This document shows positions 17,540 to 27,031 of a stretch of DNA of 47,810 nt, piece after piece. The DNA comes from Candidatus Aegiribacteria sp. (GTDB taxonomy: Bacteria; Fermentibacterota; Fermentibacteria; Fermentibacterales; JCC-6). The notes under the pieces were generated by a model that searched no databases, was not told the origin of the DNA, and saw only the letters and a program-made list of their open reading frames with translations. The first letter of the stretch is position 1. The number at the start of each line of letters is the position of its first letter. The position numbers were made by a program, and so were the translations under genes. The stretch lies in NCBI GenBank assembly GCA_030610085.1, contig JAUWSL010000002.1, forward strand, positions 1-47,810, read 5' to 3'.

Positions 17540-18873
17540 ACACTCTCCATTGCTTCGAGGAAGATACGGAAATCCTCCTCAATGTAACTATTATCCCTGT
17601 TCTCGGCAATGAACCTGACCACAGGCTCGGTACCCGATGGTCTGATATGCATCCAACCGCCATTTCTGTAATACCATAGACCATCCCTTACATCGTCTGC
17701 GGGGCCGTACTTCTCATGAAGTAAAGAACGCAAAGGTTCAAATCCGGTTTTGAGCGGCAGTTTCTTTTTGAACATAGTGTAGGATGGATAACTGTCCGCC
17801 CAGCTTCCAATGCTGGAGCCGGGATTATCTCTGAGAAATGAAACCGCGCAGGCCATTGCTACACCGCTGTCCCTTCCCGCGTGGAAGGCCATGTCGATAA
17901 CACCGCCGTTACCCTCTCCGCCTGTAATGGCTCCGCACTTTTCCATTTCCTCAACTACATTCACCTCGCCCACAGGGCTGCGGTAAAGTCTGCAGCCGTG
18001 TTTCGCGGCTGCATCCTCAGCCAGTCTGGAAGTCGAAAGATTGACAACAGCCGGTCCTGGCCTGACTGAAAGTATAAAATCTAGTGCCAGGGCTACAGTG
18101 TAATCTTCGCCGATGATTCTTCCATTCTCATCTACCAGCGCAAGTCTGTCTCCATCGGGATCAAAGGCAAATCCTAAATCTGCTTTCTCATCGATAACAG
18201 CCCTGGAAAGTCCATTCAGACTTTCGACGGTAGGCTCTGCAACGCGGGGAAAATCTCCCGAAGGCGTCATATCCGGATTGATAACAGTGTAATTCACTCC
18301 AAGTCTTTCCATCAGCATTGAAGCGAATGAAGCGGCAGCCCCACCGGTTACATCAAGCACTGCTTTCAGCGGTCTTCCTTCCCGAACAAGCCACGGTAAT
18401 GACAGTATTCCCTCAATATGTCTTTCCACCGAACCGCTCAATTCCCGTGGTATCCCTGCCGTTCTGTAATGCGCATGCTGCATGTCTCCGTCAAGCAGCT
18501 CCATCAAGCGGTCCCTGCCTTCGGATCTCAGGAAAATACCATCTGCCCCGATAAGTTTCAGTGCGTTCCATTCACCGGGATTGTGGCTTGAAGTAATAGC
18601 TATCCCACCGCGAATCCCATCTCTCATGGCTTCAAGCTGTACCGTAGGAGTAGGTACAATACCAAGAAGAACGGGATCACAACCGACGGACATGAGACCC
18701 GCCGTTACTGCAGCTTCAACAGCAGGTCCGCTCCTTCTGGTGTCCCTGCCGATGACAACAGATCCCCTTCCGGCAAGAATTCCAAATGCTGAAGCGAATT
18801 CCACCACATCAGCAACTGTAAGGGAAACACCGAATATGCCTCTGATCCCGGATCCACTGATAATCGGTTTCAT
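17527..18873 (-). CDS. glmM: Phosphoglucosamine mutase (alpha-D-phosphohexomutase family, FCB-type)
   Basis: Contains the active-site loop GIAITSSHNPGEWNALKL, the metal loop FDPDGDRL and a sugar-binding GGEGNGG. Overlaps the glmS start by 13 nt. Confidence 0.8.
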   Translation of the reverse strand: MKPIISGSGIRGIFGVSLTVADVVEFASAFGILAGRGSVVIGRDTRRSGPAVEAAVTAGLMSVGCDPVLLGIVPTPTVQLEAMRDGIRGGIAITSSHNPGEWNALKLIGADGIFLRSEGRDRLMELLDGDMQHAHYRTAGIPRELSGSVERHIEGILSLPWLVREGRPLKAVLDVTGGAAASFASMLMERLGVNYTVINPDMTPSGDFPRVAEPTVESLNGLSRAVIDEKADLGFAFDPDGDRLALVDENGRIIGEDYTVALALDFILSVRPGPAVVNLSTSRLAEDAAAKHGCRLYRSPVGEVNVVEEMEKCGAITGGEGNGGVIDMAFHAGRDSGVAMACAVSFLRDNPGSSIGSWADSYPSYTMFKKKLPLKTGFEPLRSLLHEKYGPADDVRDGLWYYRNGGWMHIRPSGTEPVVRFIAENRDNSYIEEDFRIFLEAMESVCVE

Positions 18874-18910
18874 AAACCTTCCATAGGAGGCAACCTCCTG
18901 AAATAAGATC

Positions 18911-18986
18911 TGGAGCCGGCGAACGGGGTCGAACCGTTGACCTGCGCATTACGAATGCGCTGCTCTGCCAGCTGAGCTACGCCGGC
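18911..18986 (-). tRNA. tRNA-Thr (anticodon CGT)
   Basis: The reverse complement reads GCCGGCGTAGCTCAGCTGGCAGAGCAGCGCATTCGTAATGCGCAGGTCAACGGTTCGACCCCGTTCGCCGGCTCCA. Anticodon loop TTCGTAA and an encoded CCA. Confidence 0.9.
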
Positions 18987-19033
18987 TCCGGAGCAATGGA
19001 TATTATTGAAATATGCATGGTTCGTCAATATTC

Positions 19034-19660
19034 TCAGAAGATGGACTCGGAGCCCCCGAACAGACTTAATGGAAATGTTATACAGAACTGAGAGCTTCCA
19101 AGATCATATTCCTCGGCAGGATAGACCGATGATTCCTCACCATCAATAATGGCATTGTCCGTCTTGAAGTCGGCAAAAGACCTTCGGTACTCGAGCCTGC
19201 CTGACAGGGGTCCGGCAAGGACAACCTCTGTCCCGACAGCAAAGGTGAAACCTGCTGTATTCCCCCGGGCTTCGACAAATTCCCCAAAATCATTCGTTCC
19301 ACTGTAATTTCCTGTTATGAAAACTCCACCCGCTCCGGCAAAAACGGAGAACTTGTTGAACACTTCGTACTTAGCCAGCGGCATGATCGAGATCACGAAT
19401 GCGCTCAGTTCTCCATCCCATCCGATGGGCGAGGAATTCTTCCAGAAGTACTCGCCTGTTATACGGAAGTCCAGTATCCCCGGAGCATCGATATCCACAG
19501 CAAGACCCGCTGATGTTCCCGGTGTGAGAAACCTGTTTTCGTAAACGGAATCCATCGGAGCCAGATTTGATATCATAGGACCCGCACTGACCGAGATTCC
19601 ATCGGAACCTGAAGCCTGTGCCAGGGAAAGCATAAGCGCGATTGCGGTGACCAGCTTCAT
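19034..19660 (-). CDS. Small outer-membrane beta-barrel protein (OmpW/OmpA-barrel-like)
   Basis: Signal peptide [18 protein letters not shown]. Alternating hydrophobic beta-strand pattern with an aromatic C-terminus. 208 aa. Confidence 0.6.
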   Translation of the reverse strand: MKLVTAIALMLSLAQASGSDGISVSAGPMISNLAPMDSVYENRFLTPGTSAGLAVDIDAPGILDFRITGEYFWKNSSPIGWDGELSAFVISIMPLAKYEVFNKFSVFAGAGGVFITGNYSGTNDFGEFVEARGNTAGFTFAVGTEVVLAGPLSGRLEYRRSFADFKTDNAIIDGEESSVYPAEEYDLGSSQFCITFPLSLFGGSESIF

Positions 19661-20151
19661 ACTTCATCTCCCCTGGTATACTGCTTCTTTATGTGATTGA
19701 GCAACCCGCCATCCTCGAGGATTTCCAGCATTTCATCGGGCAGCGAGGGGAAACTGAACAGTCTGTCTCCTACACGAACTTCACCCGCAACCGGATCAAC
19801 TGCGACCGGATCACCTTCAGAGTAGTGATCCACAGCTCCGGGGCTCTGTATCAGGAGTAGTCCCTGGTTCAGCGCGCTTCTGTAGAATATCCTGGCAAAT
19901 GATTTCGCGATCACAGCGCTCACACCCACATGTTTCAGACCCAGCGAAGGCTGTTCTCTGCTCGATCCGCATCCGAAGTTCTCCCCTGCTATTATTATGT
20001 CTCCTGGTTGAACAGCCCCGGAAAAGTCCGGATCGAGGTCCTCCAGCAGATGTTCCTTTATCTCAGGGCCTGTAGAGCAGGTATATGTGTACTTGCCCGG
20101 AAAAAGCAGATCGGTGTTGATATCGCTCTGAGGGTAGTGGAATACATTCAT
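19657..20151 (-). CDS. leuD: Aconitase-family dehydratase small subunit (LeuD/HacB-type, short archaeal form)
   Basis: Contains [43 protein letters not shown]. 164 aa. Confidence 0.8.
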   Translation of the reverse strand: MNVFHYPQSDINTDLLFPGKYTYTCSTGPEIKEHLLEDLDPDFSGAVQPGDIIIAGENFGCGSSREQPSLGLKHVGVSAVIAKSFARIFYRSALNQGLLLIQSPGAVDHYSEGDPVAVDPVAGEVRVGDRLFSFPSLPDEMLEILEDGGLLNHIKKQYTRGDEV

Positions 20152-21407
20152 TTGAGTACCTCCCGGGGATCCTGTATCTTACCTGTCAGGGCAGATGCTG
20201 CAGCTGTCTCCGGGCTGGACAGGTATATTTCAGCTTCTTTTTCACCCATTCTTCCCTTGAAATTCCTGTTTGCCGTGGAAAGACATTTCTCACCCGGGGC
20301 AAGTGCGCCCTGATGCGCTCCAAGACAGGGACCACAGCCCGGAGGCAGTACAACCGCCCCCGCACTGACCAGATCCTCAATAATCCCCATCTTCATTGCC
20401 TTGAGGTATTCTTCCCTGGAGGCGGGGGCAACGATCATCCTTACACTGTTATGAACCCTCCTCCCCTTCAGAATATCTGCGGCCAGCTTGAGATCTTCGA
20501 CTCTGCCGTTCGTACAGGTTCCAAGGAATATCTGGTCTATCTTCATGCCGGCTATCTCTTCAATCTTAACAACATTGTCCACCTGATGGGGACATGCTAC
20601 TACAGGTACGATCTCCGAAAGATCGTACCGAAGTGTTCTGGTATATACTGCGTCATGATCGCTCCAGACGGCGCCGGCAACATCCAGACCCAGAGCATCG
20701 TAGTATTTACTCGTCATGCTGTTGGCGGGAAACGCAGCTATCTTCGCCCCCATCTCGATTCCCATATTCGCGATGGTCATTCTGTCGGATATTCTCAGTC
20801 CGCCTACGGCGGGTCCGTTGAACTCAACAGCCATATAATTCGCTCCGCCGGCACCAACATCTCCTATGATGGTCAGAATCAGATCCTTGGCGGATATCCC
20901 GGTAGTAAACGCCCCGGTAAGTTCGATATTGATCGTCTGCGGCACTTTGAACCAGGTTCGACCGGTTATCCATATACCGGCTGCCTCTGTTCTGTCGATA
21001 CCGGTAGCAAAGCAGTTGAATGCACCATAAGTGCAGGTATGGCTGTCACTGCCAACAACAATTGACCCTGGCTTCACAAGCCCCATTTCGGGCATAACCT
21101 GGTGACAAACGCCAGTTCCGATGTCGTGGAAGTCTGTTATACCCTGTTCCCTGACAAATTCCCTGACCCTCTTATGACCCGCGGCATGCTTGCTTGAGGC
21201 AGCCGGAATAACGTGATCCAGTACAATGGCTATCCTGCCGGGATACCTGATCCTGCCTTCTGGAATGGTGGATTCGAACTTGCCTATTATTGCCGCACTG
21301 TTATCGTGGGTCATGATGCAGTCCGGTTCGACAAATACTATTTCACCTTCCCTGACCTTCTTACCGGCAGCCCGGCTCAGGATTTTAACTGCGAAAGTTT
21401 CTCCCAT
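20148..21407 (-). CDS. leuC: Aconitase-family dehydratase large subunit (LeuC/HacA-type)
   Basis: 419 aa. Contains IMTHDNS, GSDSHTCTYGA, and the Fe-S ligand regions GTCTNGR and GCGPCLG. Confidence 0.85.
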   Translation of the reverse strand: MGETFAVKILSRAAGKKVREGEIVFVEPDCIMTHDNSAAIIGKFESTIPEGRIRYPGRIAIVLDHVIPAASSKHAAGHKRVREFVREQGITDFHDIGTGVCHQVMPEMGLVKPGSIVVGSDSHTCTYGAFNCFATGIDRTEAAGIWITGRTWFKVPQTINIELTGAFTTGISAKDLILTIIGDVGAGGANYMAVEFNGPAVGGLRISDRMTIANMGIEMGAKIAAFPANSMTSKYYDALGLDVAGAVWSDHDAVYTRTLRYDLSEIVPVVACPHQVDNVVKIEEIAGMKIDQIFLGTCTNGRVEDLKLAADILKGRRVHNSVRMIVAPASREEYLKAMKMGIIEDLVSAGAVVLPPGCGPCLGAHQGALAPGEKCLSTANRNFKGRMGEKEAEIYLSSPETAAASALTGKIQDPREVLK

Positions 21408-21529
21408 ATACAGAACCTTTCCTCAAGAATATTTCTGTTCCTGTGATCCATTCACTATAGTACGAATTATACAATCTGTTCCGTGAGTAGTAACCCCGAG
21501 CGATTGAAGATAGTTCAAGAAAGGTTCAT

Positions 21530-23038
21530 ATGAGAACGGTAACAGGCAGAGAAAAAGTATCGGAGATGTGTGCTGACCTTCTGCAGGATGAATCGAACCT
21601 GTCCGGAGCATGGTGTGAGGCAGCTGCCTGGCCCCAAAACACCGATGAAGCTCGAGAATATATCACAGAATGTGCGAAGACCGGAATGCAATTAACGGTC
21701 TCCGGCGGACTAACCGGCATAGCCGGGGGAGCTCTCCCGCAGGGGGGTTCTGTAATATCGGCATCAGCTCTGAAGGATATCAGACTTCTTAAAAACGGCA
21801 ATATTACAGCCGGAGCAGGTGTAACAATAGAAGAGCTCAATTCCTTTGTATCTGTAAATACGGACGGTCTCTTCTATCCTCCGGATCCGACGGAGGATAC
21901 AGCTTCTGTAGGAGGAACCATCGCCACCGATGCCTCGGGCGCGGACAGTTACCTGTACGGTGCGACAAGGAAATGGGTGGAAGGACTGGAGATCGTACTC
22001 CCTGGCGGAAGGCTGCTCAGTATAAAGAGGGGCCAGCACACGTTCGAGAACCGTACCTGCACCCACCCTGTTCTGGGTACACTTCATCTGCCGCCTCTCA
22101 GAAGAGAACAGCCGTCGAAGAATGCCGCCGGATATTATCTTCGCGAAGGCATGGACCTGATAGACCTGTTCATCGGTTCTGAAGGAAAACTTGGTTTTAT
22201 TACAGAAGCCGAACTGAAGCTGGCTTCTGAGCCTATGTACGTTATCGATCTTGCGGTATTCCCTGAAAATGCAGGATCATTCTGGGAGCTTTACGGTGCG
22301 ATGCTGCATGCAGATAGACCTCTCCGTATAAGAGCTCTTGAAATGATGGATGACATGTGTATGGATTTTCTTAGATCTCATCCAGGTGAGCTTCCGCTTC
22401 CCCCCGTGAATGCTGTCTTCTGCCTGATTCTCAGAGCGGAAGCCGACAGCGATGAGCATCTTGAGGAAACTCTTGAAACTCTGGATGAGATGCTGGTCAC
22501 ATATGATTCAAACCCCGAGACTGCATGGGGCGGTTTCGAACCTTCCGAAAGAAAGAAAATCAAGGATTTCAGACACGCGCTGCCTGAAGCTGTCAATCAC
22601 TGCATCTCGGAGTCAAGAATGAAATATCCTTCAATCCATAAATACGGTTCAGATGGGGCTGTAGAGCCATCCAGGCTTAAGGAGTACTACACCAGGACCC
22701 GGTGTATTCTGCAGGAAAGCGGGTTGCCATTCCTAATCTTCGGTCACGCCGGAGATGGACACATTCATGCCAATGCGATACCGGAGGATCCACAGCAGAT
22801 GCACAATGCAGATCGCGCCATGAGGGAAATAGCGGCAGCTGCCGTTGCGATGGGCGGCACGGTATCCGCCGAACACGGGCTTGGAAAGATGAAACTCGAC
22901 TATCTGGAGCTGATGTATTCGGAGGATGAGATCAGGGGAATGGAAGCGATCAGGCGTGTTATTGATCCGACTCACCTGATGGGGCCGGGCCTAACATCTA
23001 AACATTTTGATTGTTTATTTAAATATTTTGATTGTTAA
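21530..23038 (+). CDS. FAD-linked oxidase (GlcD / D-lactate dehydrogenase-like)
   Basis: Contains an FAD_binding_4-like region LTVSGGLTGIAGGALP...TIATDASG and a C-terminal FAD-oxidase_C region GHAGDGHIHANA...GGTVSAEHGLGKMK...IDPTHLMGPG. The last 19 codons lie inside the inverted repeat. Confidence 0.8.
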   Translation: MRTVTGREKVSEMCADLLQDESNLSGAWCEAAAWPQNTDEAREYITECAKTGMQLTVSGGLTGIAGGALPQGGSVISASALKDIRLLKNGNITAGAGVTIEELNSFVSVNTDGLFYPPDPTEDTASVGGTIATDASGADSYLYGATRKWVEGLEIVLPGGRLLSIKRGQHTFENRTCTHPVLGTLHLPPLRREQPSKNAAGYYLREGMDLIDLFIGSEGKLGFITEAELKLASEPMYVIDLAVFPENAGSFWELYGAMLHADRPLRIRALEMMDDMCMDFLRSHPGELPLPPVNAVFCLILRAEADSDEHLEETLETLDEMLVTYDSNPETAWGGFEPSERKKIKDFRHALPEAVNHCISESRMKYPSIHKYGSDGAVEPSRLKEYYTRTRCILQESGLPFLIFGHAGDGHIHANAIPEDPQQMHNADRAMREIAAAAVAMGGTVSAEHGLGKMKLDYLELMYSEDEIRGMEAIRRVIDPTHLMGPGLTSKHFDCLFKYFDC

Positions 23039-23074
23039 ATATGTAACAAATGTTTAGATGTTAGGCCCGGCCCC
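22981..23074. repeat. Perfect 27-bp inverted repeat with a 40-nt AT-rich loop. Probably a bidirectional terminator hairpin.
   Basis: Arm 22981-23007 (GGGGCCGGGCCTAACATCTAAACATTT) is the exact reverse complement of 23048-23074. The loop holds a 12-nt direct repeat ATTTTGATTGTT (23004-23015 and 23025-23036). A T4 run follows at 23077-23080. Confidence 0.85.
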
Positions 23075-24814
23075 CCTTTTCCTTACATCCGCGTAATCAC
23101 CGATTATCCTGCAGCCTCTGGTGTGATCCTTTTCTATGCTCATATTGATACTCTCGGTAATTTTATCCTGCATCTCCGACAGGTTTTCAAGGAGTTTTTC
23201 CAATGTTGCACCGGGAAATTCCTCTTCCAGAATGCACTTTCTGAACTCTGACAGTTCCCCAGGGCTTCCTGACAGGCCATCCAGAGCGAAAAACCTTATA
23301 TGGAACCTGTACGTCTCGATCGCCTTCCGCCTGTGCGCTTCAGTAAGATAATTCTTACCCAGACCGCAGATATCAGCATCGGTGTATATCTCCTTTACCG
23401 ATTGCACATCAAGCTTCTCAATAGAAGTCATCATCATTCTAACAGTCTCTTCCCTGATGATATCTCCGCCGGGTTTCCAGTGTATGGCGCGGTTTCTGGA
23501 CCTGTACTTCATCTCATTCCTATGTACCGCGAACAGGTTATCGGACAGACCCCATCCCGGAATGATCTGATTGAATGCAGGCGGAATACCTTCGACTGAT
23601 CTGAATGGCTTGCAGATCAGTGAAAAGGGGAATTCGATCCTCTGGGGCAATGCAGTTACACCTGTTGCAATAATACAGTAGGGAGCCAGTGAATAATCCG
23701 CCGGGAATTTCACGGAGCAGGCCAGCCCGAAGAACATACCCTCTCCCGGTCTTATCTCCTGGTCCGGAAGCCTTGATGTGTGGTTGCTTCCGACGTTGGC
23801 TCCGTAACCTACGTTACCTCTCCCTTCTGGCCATCTGGCAGCTATCAGAAGTGACTGATGATGAGATGAGGTAAATGGACCGGCTAGTGACGCCGTGATC
23901 TCACCTTCTGCAAGTACAGAATTCGGCCCAAGGAAGGATAATGTGATTTTTCCATGTTTTTCAACCACCGAAGCTTCCCCGACAACGGATCTGTCTACTA
24001 TTGCCATCGAATCCGCTCTGGAGCCCCATTTCAATATTGAATCCCTGACCAGGGCTCCATCCAGTATAGAAGTTGGATCCGATCCTCCCCCCAGTACCGT
24101 ACTGTTTCTTACAGCGCAAGAATTCAGAATGGCAACCCGGGACCCGATGAAGCAATTTTCCAGAACAGGTGAGTCCTGAATTCTGCATGCTTTTCCAATG
24201 ATTCCGGCCTTTTTCGATTTCAGCTCCGTCACAAATACATCGAGATACGATTGGTAGACAGCTAGATTGTTATCTCGATCACTGCCTCCTGAAAGTGCAG
24301 ATGCGAGCTCTGTATCAAGGCATGGGGAAGATGGAACATTTCTCTCCCCCGTCTCAACACCGAGTTCAAGCTCGATATTGCAGCCGCACGCTGAACCCTG
24401 TTCGTATACGATCCTGCCGCAGTTCTCTATGACTGTTCCCTCTCCTATATGGAGGTTACGCAGCAGGTCAGTGGATTCGATCCTGCATCCTGGAAGAACT
24501 TCCACATTCTCAAGGCGGCAGCTCCGTAGAATGGGATCAGATCTTCTACCTTCGATTTCGCACGGGATCATGGCAATCCGGACTTCACCTATGAAAACGC
24601 AGTTCCGAACAGAATCAAGTTCGGCATCTCTGAGCACACTTACTCCTGACCAGTCTTCCGATGAGTTACCGTTATCTTCAAGTATTCCGATCTGGTGATC
24701 GGTCAGGGATATCCAGTCTCCCGGACCGGGAGTATCATAGACCGTGAGCATCTCATCCGAGACCAGCTGGAATAACTCACTCAGCCTTCGCTTGAGAATT
24801 ATGTCCTCCTTCAT
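23054..24814 (-). CDS. Large left-handed beta-helix (hexapeptide-repeat-like) protein of unknown function, possibly DUF4954-like
   Basis: 586 aa. Repeated hexapeptide-like turns include IGEGTVIENCGRI, IGSRVAILNSCAVRNSTVLGG and VGEASVVEKHGKI. Also contains SSHHQSLLIAARWPEGRGNVGYGANVGSNHT. The family assignment is from memory only. Confidence 0.5.
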   Translation of the reverse strand: MKEDIILKRRLSELFQLVSDEMLTVYDTPGPGDWISLTDHQIGILEDNGNSSEDWSGVSVLRDAELDSVRNCVFIGEVRIAMIPCEIEGRRSDPILRSCRLENVEVLPGCRIESTDLLRNLHIGEGTVIENCGRIVYEQGSACGCNIELELGVETGERNVPSSPCLDTELASALSGGSDRDNNLAVYQSYLDVFVTELKSKKAGIIGKACRIQDSPVLENCFIGSRVAILNSCAVRNSTVLGGGSDPTSILDGALVRDSILKWGSRADSMAIVDRSVVGEASVVEKHGKITLSFLGPNSVLAEGEITASLAGPFTSSHHQSLLIAARWPEGRGNVGYGANVGSNHTSRLPDQEIRPGEGMFFGLACSVKFPADYSLAPYCIIATGVTALPQRIEFPFSLICKPFRSVEGIPPAFNQIIPGWGLSDNLFAVHRNEMKYRSRNRAIHWKPGGDIIREETVRMMMTSIEKLDVQSVKEIYTDADICGLGKNYLTEAHRRKAIETYRFHIRFFALDGLSGSPGELSEFRKCILEEEFPGATLEKLLENLSEMQDKITESINMSIEKDHTRGCRIIGDYADVRKRGAGPNI

Positions 24815-24824
24815 CCTGAATCAC

Positions 24825-26267
24825 TCAATCCAGGGTTTCCAGCACGTACAGAAAGAATTTCCAGAAACGCTGCAGTGAAGAAATACTTGCCCTTTCTCCC
24901 GGTATATGGACATCCCTGATATCAGGCCCCATGGATATCATGTCCATCCCTCCGACCCTGTCACCTATAATACCGCATTCCAGCCCGGCATGAACGGATT
25001 CGACTTGAGGCTCACGCCCGTATACTTCTGAATAGATCCTGACCAGCTTTTCAAGCAATGGAGAATTCGAATCGGGCATCCATCCGGGATATGAGCCTTC
25101 GGTGCTAAAAGCGCACCCTGAAAGTCGGGCAACAGCCGCAATCCTATCGCCGAGAGCCTTCTTCGCGCTTTCAAGCGGGCTTCTCATGGTAAGCTCGATA
25201 GAAAATTCATCGTTACTCATGGAGACTATGGCCAGGTTGACTGAAGTCTCGACCAACCCGTCGATGACACCGCTTTTCTTCTCGACTCCATGGGGAAGTG
25301 CAAGAAGCAGATCGGTTATTTTCAGACTGGTTTCATGATCCACAGGCCCGGCCTTGACAGACTCATGATCCATCCGGACTTTAATATCATCTTCAATTCC
25401 GCTGTATTCAAGCGCCAATTCCTCGGACAGCTGACTGAGATACTCCCTTGCACTCTCATGATCACGCCGGGGAAAGTGGATCAATGCGGATGCATTTCGA
25501 GGGATCGCGTTTCTCTTTGTACCACCCGAAATACCTGCGATACGGCAGTTGCGGTCAATACAGAGGCTGCCTAGAGTTCTACCAAGAAAACGGATCGCGT
25601 TCCCACGGTTCTTATCTATCTCCATCCCCGAATGACCGCCTTTCAGTCCGGAGATCTCAACGCGATAACAGTCAACCGGTTCAAGGTGTTCAAGCGGCAT
25701 CCTCAGGTTGATATCCATCCCTCCGGCACATCCTATCGTGAACATTCCCTCGTCCTCGGAATCGAGATTTATCAAGCGTCTGTGTTCTATCCATTCCGGA
25801 TCAAGGTTGCCCGCACCGGTAAGCCCTCTCTCCTCATCCGTTGTGAAAAGGCACTCAAGTGGAGGATGAGCGGTGTTCTCAGAATCCAGCACAGCAAGCA
25901 TAAGCGCTACACCTATTCCATTATCCGCACCAAGAGTGGTATCAGGAGTTGTGACCCAGTCTCCGCTGATGACCGGGATTATCGGGTCCTTTGAATGATC
26001 ATGTCTGCTCTCATCCGTTTTTTCAGCGACTATATCGACATGAGCCTGGAGGACGAGACCAGGATGACCGCCCGACTCACCCGAACCCGCAGCACGAATA
26101 AGAACATTATCGAAATCATCTCGACTGTATTTCAGATCCCTTTTTCTGGCGAACTCAACCAGAAAGTCCGCGATCTTCTCCTCTTCACCTGATGGTCTGG
26201 GAATTCTGGATATCTCCTCAAACCAGTACCAGACCTCTTTCGGTTCGATGTTCTCTAATACCCTCAT
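24825..26267 (-). CDS. pepD: Aminoacyl-histidine (Xaa-His) dipeptidase, M20 family
   Basis: The N-terminus reads LEPKEVWYWFEEISRIPRPSGEE. Contains QAHVDIV, GADNGIG and TTDEERGLTGA. 480 aa. Confidence 0.85.
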   Translation of the reverse strand: MRVLENIEPKEVWYWFEEISRIPRPSGEEEKIADFLVEFARKRDLKYSRDDFDNVLIRAAGSGESGGHPGLVLQAHVDIVAEKTDESRHDHSKDPIIPVISGDWVTTPDTTLGADNGIGVALMLAVLDSENTAHPPLECLFTTDEERGLTGAGNLDPEWIEHRRLINLDSEDEGMFTIGCAGGMDINLRMPLEHLEPVDCYRVEISGLKGGHSGMEIDKNRGNAIRFLGRTLGSLCIDRNCRIAGISGGTKRNAIPRNASALIHFPRRDHESAREYLSQLSEELALEYSGIEDDIKVRMDHESVKAGPVDHETSLKITDLLLALPHGVEKKSGVIDGLVETSVNLAIVSMSNDEFSIELTMRSPLESAKKALGDRIAAVARLSGCAFSTEGSYPGWMPDSNSPLLEKLVRIYSEVYGREPQVESVHAGLECGIIGDRVGGMDMISMGPDIRDVHIPGERASISSLQRFWKFFLYVLETLD

Positions 26268-27025
26268 TTATCATACCTTTCATGTATTTCATGTTCAGAG
26301 CCTGAACTGCTTCGATGATCCCTGAATGCGTTGAGAAAATACTCAAAGAAAACTTTTCCGACCTCAATTGATGGTCCGTCATCAAGTACAGACTGCAGAT
26401 CAATGCCATTATCCTCCAGAAGTTCGGCTTCCTTAAGAAAAAGCTGGTTGCCTTCATCGCGGGTGAATTCCGGATGGAATTGCAGGCTGAAAAGGTTCTT
26501 CTCCCAATCGATGAATCCCTGGATTTCCGTATGAGCATTCGTAGCTATTACCTCAGAAGTATCAGGAATTTTCATGACTCTGTCAAAATGCGACTGCAAA
26601 ACCCTTACAACGGTCGTCACTCCGAATATCTCAAGTCCGCTGCCGGTCATCTCAATGTCTATCCAGCCAGCCTCCAGACCGTTGGGACATCTGCTTATGG
26701 CTGATGAACCCAGCAGCGACAGGGAGATGAGTTGATGACCGTAACAGACACCCATCTGAGGAATACCCTCTGAAACACATTTCCTGACAGTATTGCCCGC
26801 CTCTTCAAGAAAATCAGCGTCTGAACATATGGATAAGCTTGATCCGGTGTGCATCACGTGAGAATATTCGAGCGGATCGGGAAAACTGTCACCGGAATAC
26901 AGATACACTGCTGTGGAAGCGCAGTTATCCGGTAGCCATCTTCTAAACAGCTGCGTCTCCGAACGATCCACTGAATAATCGAGTATCAGTATATGTGGAT
27001 CAGAAGAGACTTGTTCAGGATTCAT
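26264..27025 (-). CDS. Class I glutamine amidotransferase-like protein
   Basis: Contains GVCYGHQL (nucleophile elbow) and LQFHPEF (His-Glu of the triad). Overlaps the pepD start by 4 nt. Confidence 0.75.
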   Translation of the reverse strand: MNPEQVSSDPHILILDYSVDRSETQLFRRWLPDNCASTAVYLYSGDSFPDPLEYSHVMHTGSSLSICSDADFLEEAGNTVRKCVSEGIPQMGVCYGHQLISLSLLGSSAISRCPNGLEAGWIDIEMTGSGLEIFGVTTVVRVLQSHFDRVMKIPDTSEVIATNAHTEIQGFIDWEKNLFSLQFHPEFTRDEGNQLFLKEAELLEDNGIDLQSVLDDGPSIEVGKVFFEYFLNAFRDHRSSSGSEHEIHERYDK

Positions 27026-27031
27026 GGTGTC

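Noticed and set aside
17527-17600. glmS ribozyme or riboswitch upstream of glmS
   Set aside because: There is no leader. The glmS start codon lies inside the 3' end of glmM (13-nt overlap), which leaves no room for a structured 5' UTR.
22981-23074. The inverted repeat read as a MITE, an IS end pair or a CRISPR-like unit
   Set aside because: I saw no flanking target-site duplication, no transposase, no second copy within the window, and no array structure. A shared terminator or regulatory hairpin is the more conservative reading. It is kept as a finding because copy number cannot be checked here.
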